Positions 14,499-15,320 of a stretch of 15,320 nt of DNA are shown here, piece by piece (positions within the stretch are counted from its first letter, which is position 1; each line of letters opens with the position of its first letter). The notes under the pieces are model-generated. The model saw only the letters and a program-made list of their open reading frames with translations. It ran no database searches and was not told the DNA's origin. Source of the DNA: Oculatellaceae cyanobacterium bins.114. Lineage in GTDB: Bacteria; Cyanobacteriota; Cyanobacteriia; Elainellales; Elainellaceae. Position numbers and translations under genes: made by a program. The DNA lies in NCBI GenBank assembly GCA_033764315.1, contig JANRJA010000224.1, positions 1 through 15,320 on the forward strand, given 5' to 3'.

Positions 14499-15182
14499 TT
14501 AACGCGATCGCCAAACCGTAAGGCTATAGAATCCTGTATCTCCAACTGTGCCGCCTGCTCCTGTTAGTGGATCATAAGTAGCATTATTAAATCCACTGAC
14601 CCCAACGTAATAGGTTCCGGCAGTGCTGGCTCTAAAACCCATAAACGAGTCGGTCGAAGATCCTCCAACATTCATAGAGCTATCGTCATTTTGGGTGAGT
14701 TGAGTCCCATTAGCATTAAACAACCGCAAATAAGTGTCTACTTTATCAAGACTGGCTGCGAGATTATCAGTGTCAGTTGAGACTTCAAGGAGATCTCCTG
14801 AATCGAGGTACACTTTGTAGAAATCAACATCCCTTTCTGGAGATGCTCCTGTATTGTCACCAATCTTAGCTACTGTGGTATACCCGCTGTAGGATCTAAC
14901 TGCGGTATCAAACGCTGTGGCGATCGCGTTGTTAGGTTCCTGATTTTGAATTTCAATCGTGATATCGTAGCCGCCACTGTCTCCTAAAGTGCCGCTATCT
15001 GCAATAAGCGGGTTGTAAGCAGCATTATTAGCTCCACTGACCCCAATGTAGTATGTTCCTGTTGTACTGGCTAAAAACTGAATGTAAGATTCTTCACCTA
15101 AATATTCCCCAGGTGCTGCATTGTTATCACTCAGTGCTAGTTGAGTACCATTAGCATCGAGCACTCTGAGAATTGAGTTCAA
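14499..15182 (-). pseudogene. 3' remnant of a tandem PPC-domain exoprotein gene (paralogue of 11332-14010), interrupted by an IS
   Basis: LNSILRVLDANGTQ...YDPLTGAGGTVGDTGFYSLTVWRSR aligns colinearly with LNSYIRVFDANGTQ...YDPLTGGNVANGDFGTYILVLTRNA of the neighbouring gene. Similarity stops mid-domain at about 15182, exactly where the IS end begins. The first ~38 aa of the ORF-track entry 14499..15296 are IS-derived. Confidence 0.8.
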
Positions 15183-15320
15183 TAGACTTAATCGGAAATA
15201 AGGGGGATGGGACAAAAACGGAAATCTCCTTCGGAAATCGTTATCTAAGCAACTGCAATCTTTCGGTGTGTCAAGCGAAAGTTGTGCAGCCCACAAGCTG
15301 TTTCCATCACATCATCGGCA
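15183..15320 (-). mobile_element. Right end of an IS5-family (ISL2-like, DDE_Tnp_4) insertion sequence, truncated by the window edge
   Basis: Contains a transposase C-terminus followed by about 60 nt ending TTATTTCCGATTAAGTC-TA (minus strand) at the breakpoint of the PPC gene. Confidence 0.75.
15245..15319 (-). CDS. Transposase C-terminal fragment (DDE_Tnp_4 / IS5-like)
   Basis: My translation is ADDVMETACGLHNFRLTHRKIAVA-stop. The ACGLHNFR motif is typical of the C-terminus of DDE_Tnp_4 transposases. Confidence 0.75.
   Translation of the reverse strand, partial: ADDVMETACGLHNFRLTHRKIAVA

Larger units (their letters stand above)
639..14927. repeat. Dispersed HIP1 octamers (GCGATCGC)
   Basis: About 30 perfect copies by manual count (e.g. 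639, 801, 970, 6525, 13681, 14920), against fewer than one expected by chance in 15 kb. This is a cyanobacterial signature. Confidence 0.95.

Noticed and set aside
1..15320. Whole window as a composite transposon
   Set aside because: The two flanking IS ends belong to different families with unrelated termini, and the right one interrupts a resident gene.

Overview
Cyanobacterial genomic DNA: the HIP1 octamer GCGATCGC occurs about 30 times by my manual count. Both ends of the window lie inside insertion sequences, an IS630-like transposase 5' end on the left and an IS5/ISL2-like (DDE_Tnp_4) transposase 3' end on the right. The right-hand IS interrupts a PPC-domain exoprotein gene. Between them is a cluster dominated by predicted exported proteins: a TPR-CHAT caspase-like protease with a Tat-like leader, an AI-2E family transporter, a small secreted protein with a duplicated 26-aa motif and a C-terminal VRGLW, a PDZ-less S1C serine protease, a filamentous-haemagglutinin (TpsA-like) exoprotein with no TpsB in the window, and an RTX/Calx-beta/PPC protein. 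The intergenic regions hold several miniature repeat families. These include a GTAG-footed four-hairpin REPIN-like module with compensatory stem changes across three copies, MITE-like elements, and two ~92-bp arms in inverted orientation that bracket the AI-2E gene. No rRNA, tRNA or CRISPR array is visible. All assignments come from reading motifs by eye; no searches were run.
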